DNA of 64,000 nt, taken from Trichoplax sp. H2. Taxonomy: Eukaryota. How positions within the stretch are numbered: position 1 is the first letter of the stretch; each line of letters begins with the position of its first letter. The translations under genes were made by a program, and so were the position numbers. The notes beneath the pieces are model-generated. The model was not told the origin of the DNA and ran no database searches. It saw only the letters and a list, made by a program, of their open reading frames with translations. Below are positions 40,174 through 54,039 of the stretch, in pieces. The stretch spans positions 62,001 to 126,000 of the forward strand of contig NOWV01000160.1 in the NCBI GenBank assembly GCA_003344405.1, read 5' to 3'.

Positions 40174-42821
40174 AGTATTTTATTCTTTATTATAGCTCCG
40201 ATTCATGATAAGATGCTACGGACATCTTATCTCTTGTACAATTTTTAATACTTTTCACGATATTAAGAGTTACATTACATTATTATTCATTCATTTTATA
40301 GCAATGTTACTGATTTAGCCTCGTCATGTCTTTCAAAAATTTTATAGATTTCTGCCAGTATTGCTTATTATTTGAGAAAGATATTATAAATTCCCCAAAT
40401 TGGTAAAATTATCGAACTAATTTGGGAACAAGTAAATTTCAGAATCTTAAAGTTTTTATCTACTTTACAGTAATTGGGTATCTATAACCCAATAGACAGC
40501 CTCTATGTTTATGACGTAAATCAAATACTTATTACTAAACTTTTACTGTTAAGCATCATAACAGTTTTATCACAGGTCTACTTAAACTCTAAAACGGATC
40601 TTAATCAGACAAGGTTTTTAAACTATTTAAACATATGGCCTCGTAGCTGCAACAGAAATTTCGGTTGCAGTTAGACGTAGAAAAGATTTTCGACTGTATT
40701 TAATCAGATAAAAGTATTGCTAAAATCAATTTATTTGGCAACTTTATTGAACTTAATAAAGCACGGTTATTAATAATTAATTCATCAAGATTGCAAACTC
40801 TCACTTTTAGCAAAGAGATAAACTCGATGTAGTGCTTCATGTTTTCATATTTTTAAGTAATTGCAAGCCAAGTTCTCATTTGAAGGTTTAAAAACAATTT
40901 TATCTTAGGTCAGCTCAAGCATTTTATAAAATGGAAACATGTTCAGAAGGTAATCATTACAATTTAAAGTTCATTGCCCGTTATCTACGAACAGAATTAG
41001 TATCGTACTACTTAAAAGCTAATGTGCCGGATATAACTAAACCATTAAAGACATTTTATTGTCTTGCAGGTTCTTTTGAACACTGTCTGATTTACAAATG
41101 TTTTCTGAAAGTAAAATTTTGTTATAAATCGTATCTAGCAAATTATGAGTTCGGAATAATAATAAACGGTAGCAAAGTTTGCCGGTTAATGCAGGCGCAG
41201 ATATAAGGAAAACTTTTTATTATTGTAGTGGATTAAACAACAAATTTCTTCCTTCATATTCTAGAATAAAAATTTTAATCACTATGCACTCATATTACTT
41301 TCCTAATATAGATTGCACAGGTAGAAAATGTTTCTTTCGATCATTTATAGCAGCCTAATTAAGTTCAAGATTGAGCAACAATTTTCAGTGTAGCAAATAT
41401 GCAGCTAGCTTTAAAAACTACTTGTGAAAAAAGAAATAAATCATGTTTAGCAGACAGATTAAAAGGACGACGATATCGTGTGAAAATAAACTAGTTAGCA
41501 AACTAGACCAGATGGTCAACATGTTGCATTAAAATAAAAGACAAGTAGATTCAGCTTTAAACAACAATTTATTAATGCCAAATAATAGCTAGGTTTCAGT
41601 TTTACAAAATGGTAACCAGATGTTATTGACGTTAAATTCATTAAAATTTTAGCTATCCAATCAATCCATAATGAGTCCATTGCAACAGTTGCTAATCAAT
41701 TATTTATTCTTCTTGATGATGAACAAATTATTATTTTACTTGTAGGTAGAACATTGGTTACAAGTAACAATATCATTCATTGTATAACATACAATAATAA
41801 TTTTGTTGGATATACTGCAAGTACCCACCCAAAGTTGATATAGGAATCAGTTTAAAAATGACCGTATTTAATTAATTAATATATAAAATGCTGTCTATCC
41901 ATAAGTTTGGCAGTTGATTTGATCGTGTCTAAAGTAAATAAATTACTTCATGCAAGTTCAAGTTGATTTTTAAAGCAAATTCAAAACATGTGCGTCCAAA
42001 TGATACTGCTAATTTGATTAATAACAATAGCAGAGAACAATATTACTGTTTTTTATTGTCTATCAAGATAACCATTCAAATTAATCCAGATAATTAAGGT
42101 AATTAACAATCTAATCGGATGAGTTCGATTAGCAATCCAATCCTTAGTATCAGCACGTTTTCTGACCTCTTTGATATACCGTAGCACGCGGCTTAATCAT
42201 ACAAATAACCACAGCTATCCAATTCATCTGCGCCACTTCATCAACATTACGATATTCAAATCCTTTAATAACTAGAAAGAATTTGAATAACTAGATTCTT
42301 AGTACCGGTTATCAAAATTAAGTATTAAACTTCTCATACTGATCAATCATTTTAGAGATTCTCATTGATATGATTATATAGTTTATTTAGATAAAAATCT
42401 TAAACTTGAAATCAAATCTTCTATATCATGACTGAGAATGAATTCATTAATGGTGACTATTTCACCTACCTTTCGTGTCAGTAAAATCATTACAAAGCTA
42501 CAAAATATAAATCAAACAAATTATGTAAGTAAATCAATCAATCATTGGCAACAATGCAATCTATTATGACTTCTTTTGGAGCTATTGAGATAATCTGCAT
42601 AATAGCATTCCAACATGGAATTAATGCTTTTGTTTATGACATAATACGTTGTAAGATCTTATTGTGTTTATCAAGTACATATAAAAGTGAAGTTTGTCGT
42701 CTTCGCTCAAAATATTACCTATTCAATTGGAGTAAAGTTAGCCAATATTACAGGCACCTTGCTGAGCTTATTCGATTAAAAGATCTACTTGTTACTCATC
42801 TTTATAGCACAAAATTGAAAC

Positions 42822-45800
42822 ATGGTTACTTTGCCTCTCAACTTGAAATCTAATCACTTTAGATGGTCAGAAATAATTCTTTACACGAACATTTTTCTCC
42901 TTTTCCTTCATAGTACAGGTAAGAAAAGATTTAATTATCGCCTAAATGATTTTTACTGCTATAAAACGTGTAACTTAGAAAGGTTAGTAATTACAGTTGA
43001 TTATCCAACCTAACAAATCACGGCATCTCTTATGATAAATACTTCGAATAAAGTCATTTTTCTCCAAGTAATTAATAATTAGTAAAAATGTAACAATATA
43101 ACAATCTGCACATCTATGTCAGTAATAAATTGAAGTCAATTTCATTCATTGAAGTTTTATTTCATCGTATTAAACTGTACGCCACAGAACAGATTAGAGC
43201 GATGTTTGACTAACTCACACTTTGATGGAAATATGGTCATAAAAAATCGAATTAAACTCTGTAATCTGAACAGATTATGAAATCTGAACTGCAATTGAAA
43301 TTATTCACATTAATCGAATATTGATCGTCCGTCTTTTAATTTACTTAAGTTAGACTGTAAAAAGTAATACTAGCCAGTGCTAAAACTATCAACTACTTGT
43401 TATAGAGGTTCTACTTTGTTTAAACTCATTGAAATGCGATTCGAATTTGTTCGAACGCTAACGGGCTTTTGTTAGTAGATACAGTTTAATCTCAATCTAT
43501 TTCAGGCTATCTTAAACAATTTTCCAAAATCTATGCAAAGGAAATGGCCCATATTACCTATAATGACTGCAGAACGTTCACACTTGAAAAGGAATTTACG
43601 TAAAAAGGATATAGACAAATACAAACTTTCTTGCCCTGTAAACAGGATTTTGATTAGAATTAGTAACAACGTCAATAACTGCTTCTTTTGAAGTAATTTG
43701 TGACGTTAACTAAAATATCTATTATCGAATAATGACAGAGCGAGTGAGACTGGATTTTATGACTTAATATTAATGTAAAATTAAAGGATAGTTTCTATTA
43801 ACTTTAATAAGCATATTAACTATGATAGTTTACGGATTTGATCATCCTTAATAATTTAATACGTTAAGAAGTAAGCCATTATTTGCATAGTAAGTGGCTA
43901 CTCGACATTAGGTAAACAAATGGCCGTTACATTCAAGTGCTTGACAAACAAGTAAAATGATTGCCCTCATAGGCGGGAAAATCAAGCTTGATTAATATTT
44001 TAAATGATATTTACTGACAAATGTTTTTTAGAATCAATCCGACGACACACTAAATGATATACATCATTTAGTGTATCAAAATTTTAAACTAATTTCAGCA
44101 AATAAAACTGAGCTTGCGACAGTTACACTTGTCAGTACGATACGATGGAGAAGAAAATAAATTGATACAATGTATCTTCAACTTTTCATTAAGGTAGACT
44201 TTATTGTCGTAGGCGATAATAATAAAGTCCCTAATGCTTTTATGCGTAAAATTTAAGAGCCATAGATAGAAAAAGATCGAACTGTTTGTCGAAAAATTAT
44301 AGCCGCTATAGCCTAACGGCAAACTATTCCGCTTTTGTTCGTTTTCTATCATTTGAAAAGACTTCAAGAAATTTTGTATTCAATGCCTCAGGCTATTTAA
44401 CAGTTAGCGCATTACCAACTTGGATACAATAAAATAATAATGTCGAAAATAACCAGTAACGTGAACGTATAGACAAATATTTCAAATGGAATATGTAAAT
44501 TTAAAAATCAAAAATCCACGATAAAGCAAGTTAAATTTTGTGAAGAACACAACTCCAATTTTAATTTGAATTTAAGAGGCAGATGGGATATGAAACTATA
44601 ACTGACGCAATGTTTTCCCCAGTTTTGACAGGCAATACAACAACTCTACACGTATATTTCCCTAAATTATTGTCCGACTTAATCCATCTTGATTTTATCA
44701 TTCCTTTAGCTTCATTATTCGAAATAAATTCGTATAATGAATACAAGTTTTTGTCATTATGATAAACAATAGACAGCTAGATAATCATCTAATTCTAACA
44801 ATAGTTTAATTACGCAAATCATCATTGATAATATAATTAATTAATCGAAGCCATCAAAATAATCGCGTACAAAAAAATACGAAACTGCTAAAAAAATTGA
44901 TACTATAATAAGGAAGTGATTTTTGACGCGGCAGATTGAATGAGATGTTATTGATGATGCCGAAAATGGAATGATTTGAAATTTGCTTGTATTATCAGCT
45001 GTCAACGATTGTTATCCTCTTTTACAGCCGTAATTTAAAAAGAAAAAACTGTTAATTTCTCATTTTTAATGAATACGGAGATAGAAATGGAACTTTATAT
45101 CCTTACAGTCGCTCATAATTACACAATCACTCCATTACTCACGTCTTCCTTATAAGCTTAACTAATAGCAACCAATAGCAAATTATCTTTATTAAACTAA
45201 TTTTAGGAAAAATTTGAACAGATAACGATGAATCCTCACTTTTAATAATCTGTATAAACGACTTATGCTAACTGTAATAGATCGAAATAGTATCGTAAGA
45301 TAAAATCACTGGCACTACACCTATATTAGTAACTGCATATCTCCCTAAAATAAAAAACCGTTTCTCTTCGACTTTACAAGGCACGTGTATTTGAGACAAA
45401 TTAAATAATGTTACGTGACGAGATCCTTAAAAAACCAACAAGCATCATTATTCCTTTCCATTATTCATTTAAATAGAATGTTGAGGACATAATCGCTAGG
45501 CACAAATGAAACATATAACATCAATTTCGATTTTTACTTAGTAAATAATTGCAATTATAGTAGTGCAGTGTTCTCAGATACAAAAAGTCTTTTTCCAGTG
45601 GTTGTCAATTATTGATTTTATTTGTCGTACTCTGGACAGTCGTTCATCGTGCAGTTTATTCTTTCACACATTATGAAAATTAATGTCAAAATTATAAAAT
45701 CTTTTGCTAGCCATATTGCCTAAATTATTTTCAGTATTCGATAATTATTACGGTACTAGTTCGAAATTTAGTATTTGTCTAAAGATTTCGCCTCTTATAC

Positions 45801-48800
45801 ATATAACATAAAACAAGTAATCAATAAAATGATCATGCCGCCATTCTATCTACAAGTCAATAAAACTAACTAAAATACAATCAACAAGCATAAGCCAACC
45901 GAATTTTGCAAATTGGTTTTTATTATTTAAAAAAGAGTTTATTCGACTCAAACACAATATTCCGTCAGATTATTTCATCACCTTATTTATAAGGCTATGT
46001 ACAACGTCACCGTTAGGCAATTCACAAGTAATTATAAAGCGTCAATATTATTAAATGTATCCAAGATCTTTGACAATCTCTTAAGACTTTTCATTAGCGT
46101 AAGAAAGCCTTTACTCAAACAAATATGACGTAACTAAAATAAATACAACAAACATTGATGTACTGACTCATTCTGAGTCTATTAGCGTTCATTGATGATG
46201 TTCAGTAAAGTAATTTTATCATGCAACAAAGCTTTACTAATAAATGACTATGAAAGCATAATGATTTCTATCAGATATAATTAACAATTGAGCCTTTTCT
46301 CTATAACCTTTAGAGGCCCAAGTTACAATGGTAACTTATGATAAAGCCATTTATGCTACTCGTGGCCATTCATATTACTTTACGTGTATTCCATATAATA
46401 ATTATCGAGTCTTACATTGGATGATCAATAAAACATTGATCAACGTTGAATACTCTAACAAGCATTACGATTTGGAAGAAGGAAACACACGTTTGTGGAT
46501 TAACAATGTTAACTGGAACGATGAAGGAAGTTATACTTGCGTGGCCATTAATAGTCAAGGCAATCGATATGCACGAGATAATGGTGTATTACAAATTTCA
46601 GGTATAGCTGACATATCATACTTTTAATAAGGTTTTTTCAAGTTGATTATTGTTGGAGAAGAAGTACAGTAGAATTTGATGTTGCTAATTAGAAATTTAT
46701 GACTAAAATTTACCGTAAAAAAGGGATAACGGAAAGATTTCATTTCCTCTATTTCTTGTAGTGCCGATGAGAACAGCTGCTCCTCCAAATCAAATTATTC
46801 CGATCGATATGCCCTATCAAATCAAATGTGATGTACGCGGTAAACCTAAGCCAAAAGTGACCTGGTATAAGGATGGAAAGATGATTGATTTCAAAACCCT
46901 CGGTCGATTTCGGTTACAACAAAATGGTTCACTGTATATTAACCCAGTCAAACTGGATGATGAAGGAAAGTATGAATGTCGAGGCAATCAACGAGGAAAC
47001 ATGATTCGAAAAATGATCAAAGTCACTGTTGGAGGTATTTGCAAACTATGTTTGCTATTATTAAATTCTAATTTAAATTAAATGAATGACATATCTGTAT
47101 ATAAGTATAACGAATTATTCATTGAAATTATGTAGAGTATCCTTATTTCGTCATGGATCAAAACAACGTTCAACAACCAAGTAATGTTACAGCAGAAGAA
47201 AATAGTACCGCTAAGTTTACTTGCTTAGCCAAGGGAAAGCCAAAGCCAAAAGTTGAATGGTTGGATCAGTACAATGTGCCCTTATCTGGAGAACATTACG
47301 ACTTAACTGAACCAAGTATTTTAGTAATTAAAGCTGCAAATCGAAAAAAACATCATTCATTTATTTGTCGGGCTAGTAATGTTATTGCAAGCGTTGAAAC
47401 GAAAGTATTTTTGCAAGTCTATGGTAAGATGGCAATTAACTGCGCTGATACTATTGTTTAAATTAAAAATTTCAATACTTTTAGACTATTGGTCTATCCA
47501 ATTTTGCTCAAATAAATTTAGTACATATTTTTAAAATATAATGCAGAAACTCCTAAAATTATATCTCTAAGTGGTCCAACTAATACTAGCAAACGAGAAG
47601 TCGCTGTATTTACATGCCAAGCAACTGGATATCCTATGCCTAAAATTGAATGGTATAAAGACAATAAGCCCATCCAAACTGTGAGCATGAATGAAAAAAT
47701 CGAAATCAATGTACATGCAACCCTTCTCTATTTCTATTTCGCTTATTCTTACTAATTTCTCTTGTTAATTTGCCATTCCAGAGTTCTAATGTAGTTACAA
47801 CTGGAGCCTTTACTGATTACGCATTCCAAAGTTCATTATATCTGTTCTCAGTCGAATTATATGATGCTGGCACCTATGCCTGTTTGGCTAGTAATGGTTA
47901 TTCACCTGATGAAGAGAGACACTTAGAATTTATAACTAACGGTAAGTAAAGTTCTATATTTCTAGGATAAGTTAATGCAGTTATTCTGCAAATGAATATT
48001 GCATTAAGAAACCTTAACGTAAATAATTGCTGAATCAATAATTTATGGTATCTTTTCCAAAATTATCTTACCAACTTTTCAAAACAAATTTATGAACAAT
48101 TATTCGCGACAGAACCTGCTACTTTTCTTAAATCATCAAACGAGAAAACCGGTCTCCAAAAAGTGGTTTTTGATGTACAATCGATCAATTGTACCGCTCA
48201 AGGAAGTCCATTACCTCAAATTATTTGGATGAAGGATGGATCACCATTGAGTGAAACAGAACAAATTAAAGTTCAAGTCAATCTATTATCAACGGTATCT
48301 ATTAAGTCAACTTTAAATTTTTTATCTTTACAACCAGCTGATAGTGGATTATATAGCTGTCAAGCTTTAAACGAGTTTAACGATGCCCAACCGCCAACTC
48401 AATCATTCAAATTAGCAGTTATTGGTAAGTGACCGATTTGCCACATTATAAAAATAGATAGGAATAAGATTTAAATTCATTCGCATTGTCTTGACTATAA
48501 TAAGTCAAGATTGCCCTCTAAATGAACTCGCTTACAAGAGAAAGTGATTTCAAATTTATGTACTAAACTTATGTATCTCCTGTAGACTTTCCATCAAGTC
48601 CAAGAGATGCTAAGCTAACTAATCGTTCCTATCACGAATTACATCTTAGTTGGTCACCACCAATTAGCAACGGTGGTGATCCTAACATCATCTATACCAT
48701 AAAGTATAGGCCTAAAATTGGAAGTTTCCCATGGTCAGTCTTTACTGTCATAGACACCAAATGCCAAATTCACAATTTGCAAAATGGGACAGAATATGAA

Positions 48801-49512
48801 ATCCAAATTTATACGGTTAATAAAGCTGGCATTAGTTTCCGCTCGCCTGTCTTGGTCTTTAAGACAAAAGAAGGTAAGGTTTTATGGTATGTGCCAATAA
48901 AGCAAAGTTAGATTTGCTAATATTCATCAATTTTTTCTATCATAGTTTCCACTGCCTCTACTTATGCCTATACTACAGTCATCACTACAGTCATCTCTTC
49001 AGCTTCAACAAAATGTAAGTTCCCATATTACAAAAACAACTGTGATACAAAATCAAGACGAAATAGGAAATAACATTTACTGACTGTAATCTACTTTTAC
49101 TCGTATAGCTATCTCTACACAATTTACACCAAAGCATAGTGTTACTAGAGCAGAAATACGAGCAACCCATTCATCGATAGGTAAAAGTCAGAACTTTTAG
49201 ATTGTTCCTTATAATAAAAATTATTTTATATGGTTATATTAAAATTAAATATCTAAATAAAACACTGTTTACATATTTTAACGATAGAGAGTACAACAGA
49301 AAGTAGCTCTTCAAGCCGAAGTGAGTTTGTCAACAATATTTATATGAAATATTTTATTTACTGCCTTGAAAAAGACATTAATCGTAGTGCTACCGCCCAT
49401 TTTCACTTCTATTTCTGATTACTTTTTAATTTGGTCATAATTTTTAGATGCGTTCTCATCGTTTATATTGGTAATTGGCTTGATAATATCAACTCTAATC
49501 AACATTTGTTAG
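42822..49512 (+). CDS. Immunoglobulin-superfamily cell-surface protein: signal peptide, 5 Ig, 1 FN3, Ser/Thr stalk, probable GPI signal (~692 aa, 12 exons)
   Basis: Phase-consistent GT-AG model: 42822-42918, 46314-46601, 46762-47034, 47136-47423, 47547-47680 (alternative donor 47710), 47782-47941, 48113-48424, 48586-48873, 48946-49014, 49109-49180, 49288-49320, 49448-49512. Ig motifs C..G.P.P...W and DxGxYxC; FN3 LSWSPP..NGG and LQNGTEYEI; signal IFLLFLHSTEA/QV; C-terminus AFSSFILVIGLIISTLINIC*. Exon 1 is the least certain. Confidence 0.9.
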
Positions 49513-52500
49513 CCTAAATAAAATAATTGGAGAAAAAGATTGTTTGAAGACGAGACATACAATCCTTTTCAATACTTGAAAAAATTAAAATGATACAGTT
49601 GGAACGTAATTAGAAGTAATAAAATCATGCAACGATGACTTCGTGCCCTTATTGTAACAAGCTTTATGATTCTGCAACTATGTTGTACTGCTAAATTAAT
49701 TAGATTTTGTATATTCTATCTAGAAAAGTCTCCTAGAATTTTTTATTGGTAACTGCTGTAATGTTTTATATCAAACCAATTTATCTTCAGTAGCATTCTA
49801 TCAGAACAACCATTTTTTCATTAAATGCAGCATTAATAAGATTAAATTTATTCTTCTATAAACTTTTAAACTACATTATTTACAGTAATAGCTTTAGGCC
49901 TATAAAGACAAAAAGAAATGTAATGATCAGCATATGCGTACTTACTGTAACTAATACAATAATGAATAAGTTTTATATATAAGATATATGTATTTCAGCC
50001 AAGTATGGATATTGGATGTAACCCATATATTTTGCTATGAACTTATACTACTGTAAGATCGATGATGTATTCCATGCCTTGGATTTGAAATTAGTATATA
50101 ATTCTTCGTTTTACTAGGCAAAGTAACTTTTTTCGATTAATACCAAGTAAAAAATATTTGCTATTCGGTGATGCTCAGAACTATAGATAAATTTATCACT
50201 GATTAGCTAATCTCTACTGAACGACATATATGAGTATTCGCAAATACACTCATAGAGCATAATTTTTACTCTTCTGTGCCATTCGTAACTCAAAATAATT
50301 CAATAATAAAGCATTTTTATTACAAACTAAACAAAAACTAGCTATTGCATTGTTGACGTAATAAAATACTAAGGTTTCCTCATCGCTAAATTATCGGCAA
50401 AATTTCATTCGCAAAGTCAATAGAATATTACGCCACTTTCAACTAGAGGAATAATTGTTACAAATTTGATATTTGATGACGGGGTTGATGTCCGCTTAAA
50501 TAGTGTAACGATTCGTCGAAATCTTAACAAAAGTATCCATAAAATTTCAAACTATACCAATTTTTCTTATTTCATACGTTTTTCATTGTAGTACTTCGAC
50601 TTTTACCAGTAGTTTTAATGTCAGCTATCAGTCAAATTCATTACCTTGTTCGCTATGTTTACGAATAAAATTTAATTAAAACTGATTATAACCAAAGTAA
50701 TTTAGAATGTAATAACTGCAGTTCTTACAAAATTTTCTGTTGTTGTATTAATAAATTACGACCTTTGTTGCCTAAAAAGGCACCACTATAACTAAATTAA
50801 TAGGCCAATACACAATTAATACTATAAAGACATATATTGAGAATTATATAATCTCGAAGTTTTTGTTCTTCAATCGTCCAGAGAAGCCAAAACCAAAGCA
50901 CGTATTCAATCATCTGACTTAAATCAGCAATTTTTAAGAATTGCATTATTAAATTTTAGTAGCACTTATTTAATAGATTATCGGTATCTAAAAATCAAAA
51001 TATATTTAGCCATGCTATCTAGCTAAAAGTACAAATATTGGCGAGCATTTTAATTTCGCTACAAATTTCTCAAATAATACGGTAGTTATAAAAGCTCTAT
51101 TAATGAGAATATAATTAGGCACCATTAACCAATTTGGACTATCATTGTAGTTAATTCTCAGCCTTAAACTGATTTGATATACCACAATATCTAACAAACC
51201 TAATATGCGCAATTTTTTTTACGATATAATTTGATCTGGTATTTATTATCGATCACCAATGATTTCTTGAAGCACTTATAAAGCATTGCATTTTACTATA
51301 ATTTTTCCCTACTAGTTGCAGATTATTCGAAGAGATTTTTAATCTAGGACTGCTTATTGAGCATGGATACTGATACTTAGTTTGAATTTACTCTCAAATT
51401 ACCGTAACTCTTCGCTTAGCGGCTCACCTTGCTAGCTACGCATTTAGGTTATTATTAATTTTTGTTTTACTTTTGGCATTTTTAAATAGCATGCTCTTGA
51501 GACTTTGAACTCTTCAATTGCAATGACATCTTGCAGAAAATCTATTTTTATTTTAAAAATATAATAAAAACATATAAGAAAAACTTGCAGTAGCTAACGA
51601 GAATTTGTCATGACGTTTCAGCTATATCTTGAATCTAATATCATAAACCGACGTTTGGCAACATATCAAGCACAGTTACTCCAGTTTAGACTGTTTACTA
51701 TACTTAAAGTGTAGCTCTTGTGCAATTAAATAAAAGGATGCAACTATTTTTTCAGTTTCCATTAATTTAACTAAAAGATTATCAAGAGTCACTGTATACA
51801 TTTATATATCCTACAAGGAATTATTTACTAAGAACTTCGAGCTTGGATACTTTTAATTGTATTATTGTAATAACATCATTAGTGTCTTTCGTTATAGCTA
51901 CTACGTTTCTACTCTAATTAGTCTCCATAATTAATAATTGCTCGAAGTTATGTAAGATCTTCGATTTTCAGTAACTAGCGAGAATATACTGATTTTTTTA
52001 CTAACTGGTTTGTAATAAATTATAATACGTTCAGGGATATAACTGAAGAAGCGCTAATTTATGGATATAGGATATTATCAAAAATCTTAAATAGCATTCA
52101 AGAACACATTTAGTTGAATTGAGTTTTAAGTTTCAATTTTGATTCATGATCATTATATTCCATTCATGTATATTTTTGTTTTAAATATGAATTGAAAATA
52201 ATTTCATTGCTGAAATCTGTTATCATTTAATTTATTTCATTTATACCCAGCTAATTCTTCATTTTATACGCTAAATCTTATTTATCAAACCTTTAACATG
52301 TACTAACTTGTACTTTAACATTTACCAACTAAAAATTTTAGAAATATTCCCATAATTTCTATCCGAAACAACACAATATCGTATAAGTTGAGACGACATA
52401 ATAAATGTGCACATAATTCTACATCTTATTAATCCCCATAATCTATATAATGAAACGGATGACTTTTATGAATAAAGCTGCCTTATAAAATATTCCTTTA

Positions 52501-52934
52501 TCGTGATAATAGCCTAATCTGTAAACAAAAGATCGCATTCGATCGGATCATGCATATCCCATAGTTAAGCTATTCTCTTTTTATCGTTGTTGAAGCGTAG
52601 TGATCATTAATAAACATTTATACAAATAGAAATAAAGAGATCAATGTCTTCATCCGGCCAGCTTAAATTTGGTGATGTGTGGCTTTAAATAATTCAAAAA
52701 TTCAATTGGAAACAAAGGGTTTAATTAAAATTAATGGAATTGAACTTTGATAAAGAAAAGTAATTCATGAAAAAAATTGTTACAAAAAGATAAATCAATC
52801 TAAAGTTCGAGATCCGAAACAAATTCTCGACTAGAAAGTGATCAACAGCTGCAGTAGTATTATAATAAGGATTTTTAACGATTTATTCACACGTATGCTC
52901 GTATATTCTCCTACAACATAGACTGTTATAGTCC

Positions 52935-52989
52935 TTCAAAAAAGTTCGAAAAAGTCGAAAAAAGAATCAAAAAAGTTCGAAAAAAGAAT
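52935..52989. repeat. Short degenerate A-rich tandem repeat (TCGAAAAAAG-like) just upstream of the GPCR start
   Basis: About five units: TTCAAAAAAG TTCGAAAAAG TCGAAAAAAGAA TCAAAAAAG TTCGAAAAAAGAA. Confidence 0.7.
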
Positions 52990-53058
52990 GCACTAATACA
53001 TTCCTAGTTTATCTATCAATTGGCTTTATTACCTGTTTAAACCATCAACATAAAATTA

Positions 53059-54039
53059 ATGGCTGTGTTAACTGAACCAAATTCTACTTTGTCAATTAGC
53101 AATAGCAATGGATTCAACTTTTTAGTTTGGGAGAGATTAAGCTATACCGATCCAAGATATATTATTACGGTAACTTGTTTGGCATTCATCAGTATTATAG
53201 CAGTTTATGGTAACTTACGCAATCTAACATTGATCCATCAGTGTCGAAGACTACATGATGTAAACGTTTTATGTATCGCTAATTTAGCCTTTATCGATTT
53301 TCTTACTGGGATCATAGCCATACCTCTTGCAATCACTGTATTAACCCTAAATCCATTAGAATATCCCATTTGCCAATTTCAAGGATGCGTTACATTACTC
53401 TTATACATGACTTCGTTAGTAGCTACATCCCTAATAAGTGTCGATCGATGTAATGCCGTTGTGAATCCTTTTGGTTACGATAGTCAGATCACAGCAAGTA
53501 AATGTGTCTTTATCGTAATTTTGACTTGGCTTATACCCTTCATTATCGCTATATTACCTCTACTAGGTCTCGAGCGATATGGTCTTGGTAAGATTTATCT
53601 CGAGCTGCTTTGTGGTATCTCATTTGATTATCTACATGAAAATTTCATAATTTCATGGGTAATGACGGCATTTGTGATTATCAACATATTAGTAATCTTT
53701 TTTAGCTACCTAATTATTTTTACTGTGGCATATCGAAAAACAGTACAAGATTTAACCAGAAACAGCAAACTATCAAGATCAATTCGAACCACCAGTTTAA
53801 TCGTCGGAACAAATTTTATTTTCTGGCTTCCGTACATTATCTTTCTGGGACAAAAATTTAGCTATAATATTTCTATCCCTCCATTGCCCAAATTTTCAGA
53901 CTATTTTACAGTCATTGCAATCATTATGGTAATGAGCAATCCTGCCATCAATCCAATTATATATGCAACAACCAATGCTCATCTACGAAAGCACTTTATC
54001 AGAACCATTCCGGTACCACAAGCTACTGATCAAAACTAA
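53059..54039 (+). CDS. Class A GPCR, single exon, 326 aa, opsin/melatonin-receptor-related (placopsin-like)
   Basis: 7 TM; YGN, NLAFIDF (D2.50 present), CQFQG, SVDRC, LPLLG..RY...CGISF, FFSY, FWLPY, SNPAINPIIY. The GPCR call is secure; the subfamily is tentative. Confidence 0.92.
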   Translation: MAVLTEPNSTLSISNSNGFNFLVWERLSYTDPRYIITVTCLAFISIIAVYGNLRNLTLIHQCRRLHDVNVLCIANLAFIDFLTGIIAIPLAITVLTLNPLEYPICQFQGCVTLLLYMTSLVATSLISVDRCNAVVNPFGYDSQITASKCVFIVILTWLIPFIIAILPLLGLERYGLGKIYLELLCGISFDYLHENFIISWVMTAFVIINILVIFFSYLIIFTVAYRKTVQDLTRNSKLSRSIRTTSLIVGTNFIFWLPYIIFLGQKFSYNISIPPLPKFSDYFTVIAIIMVMSNPAINPIIYATTNAHLRKHFIRTIPVPQATDQN

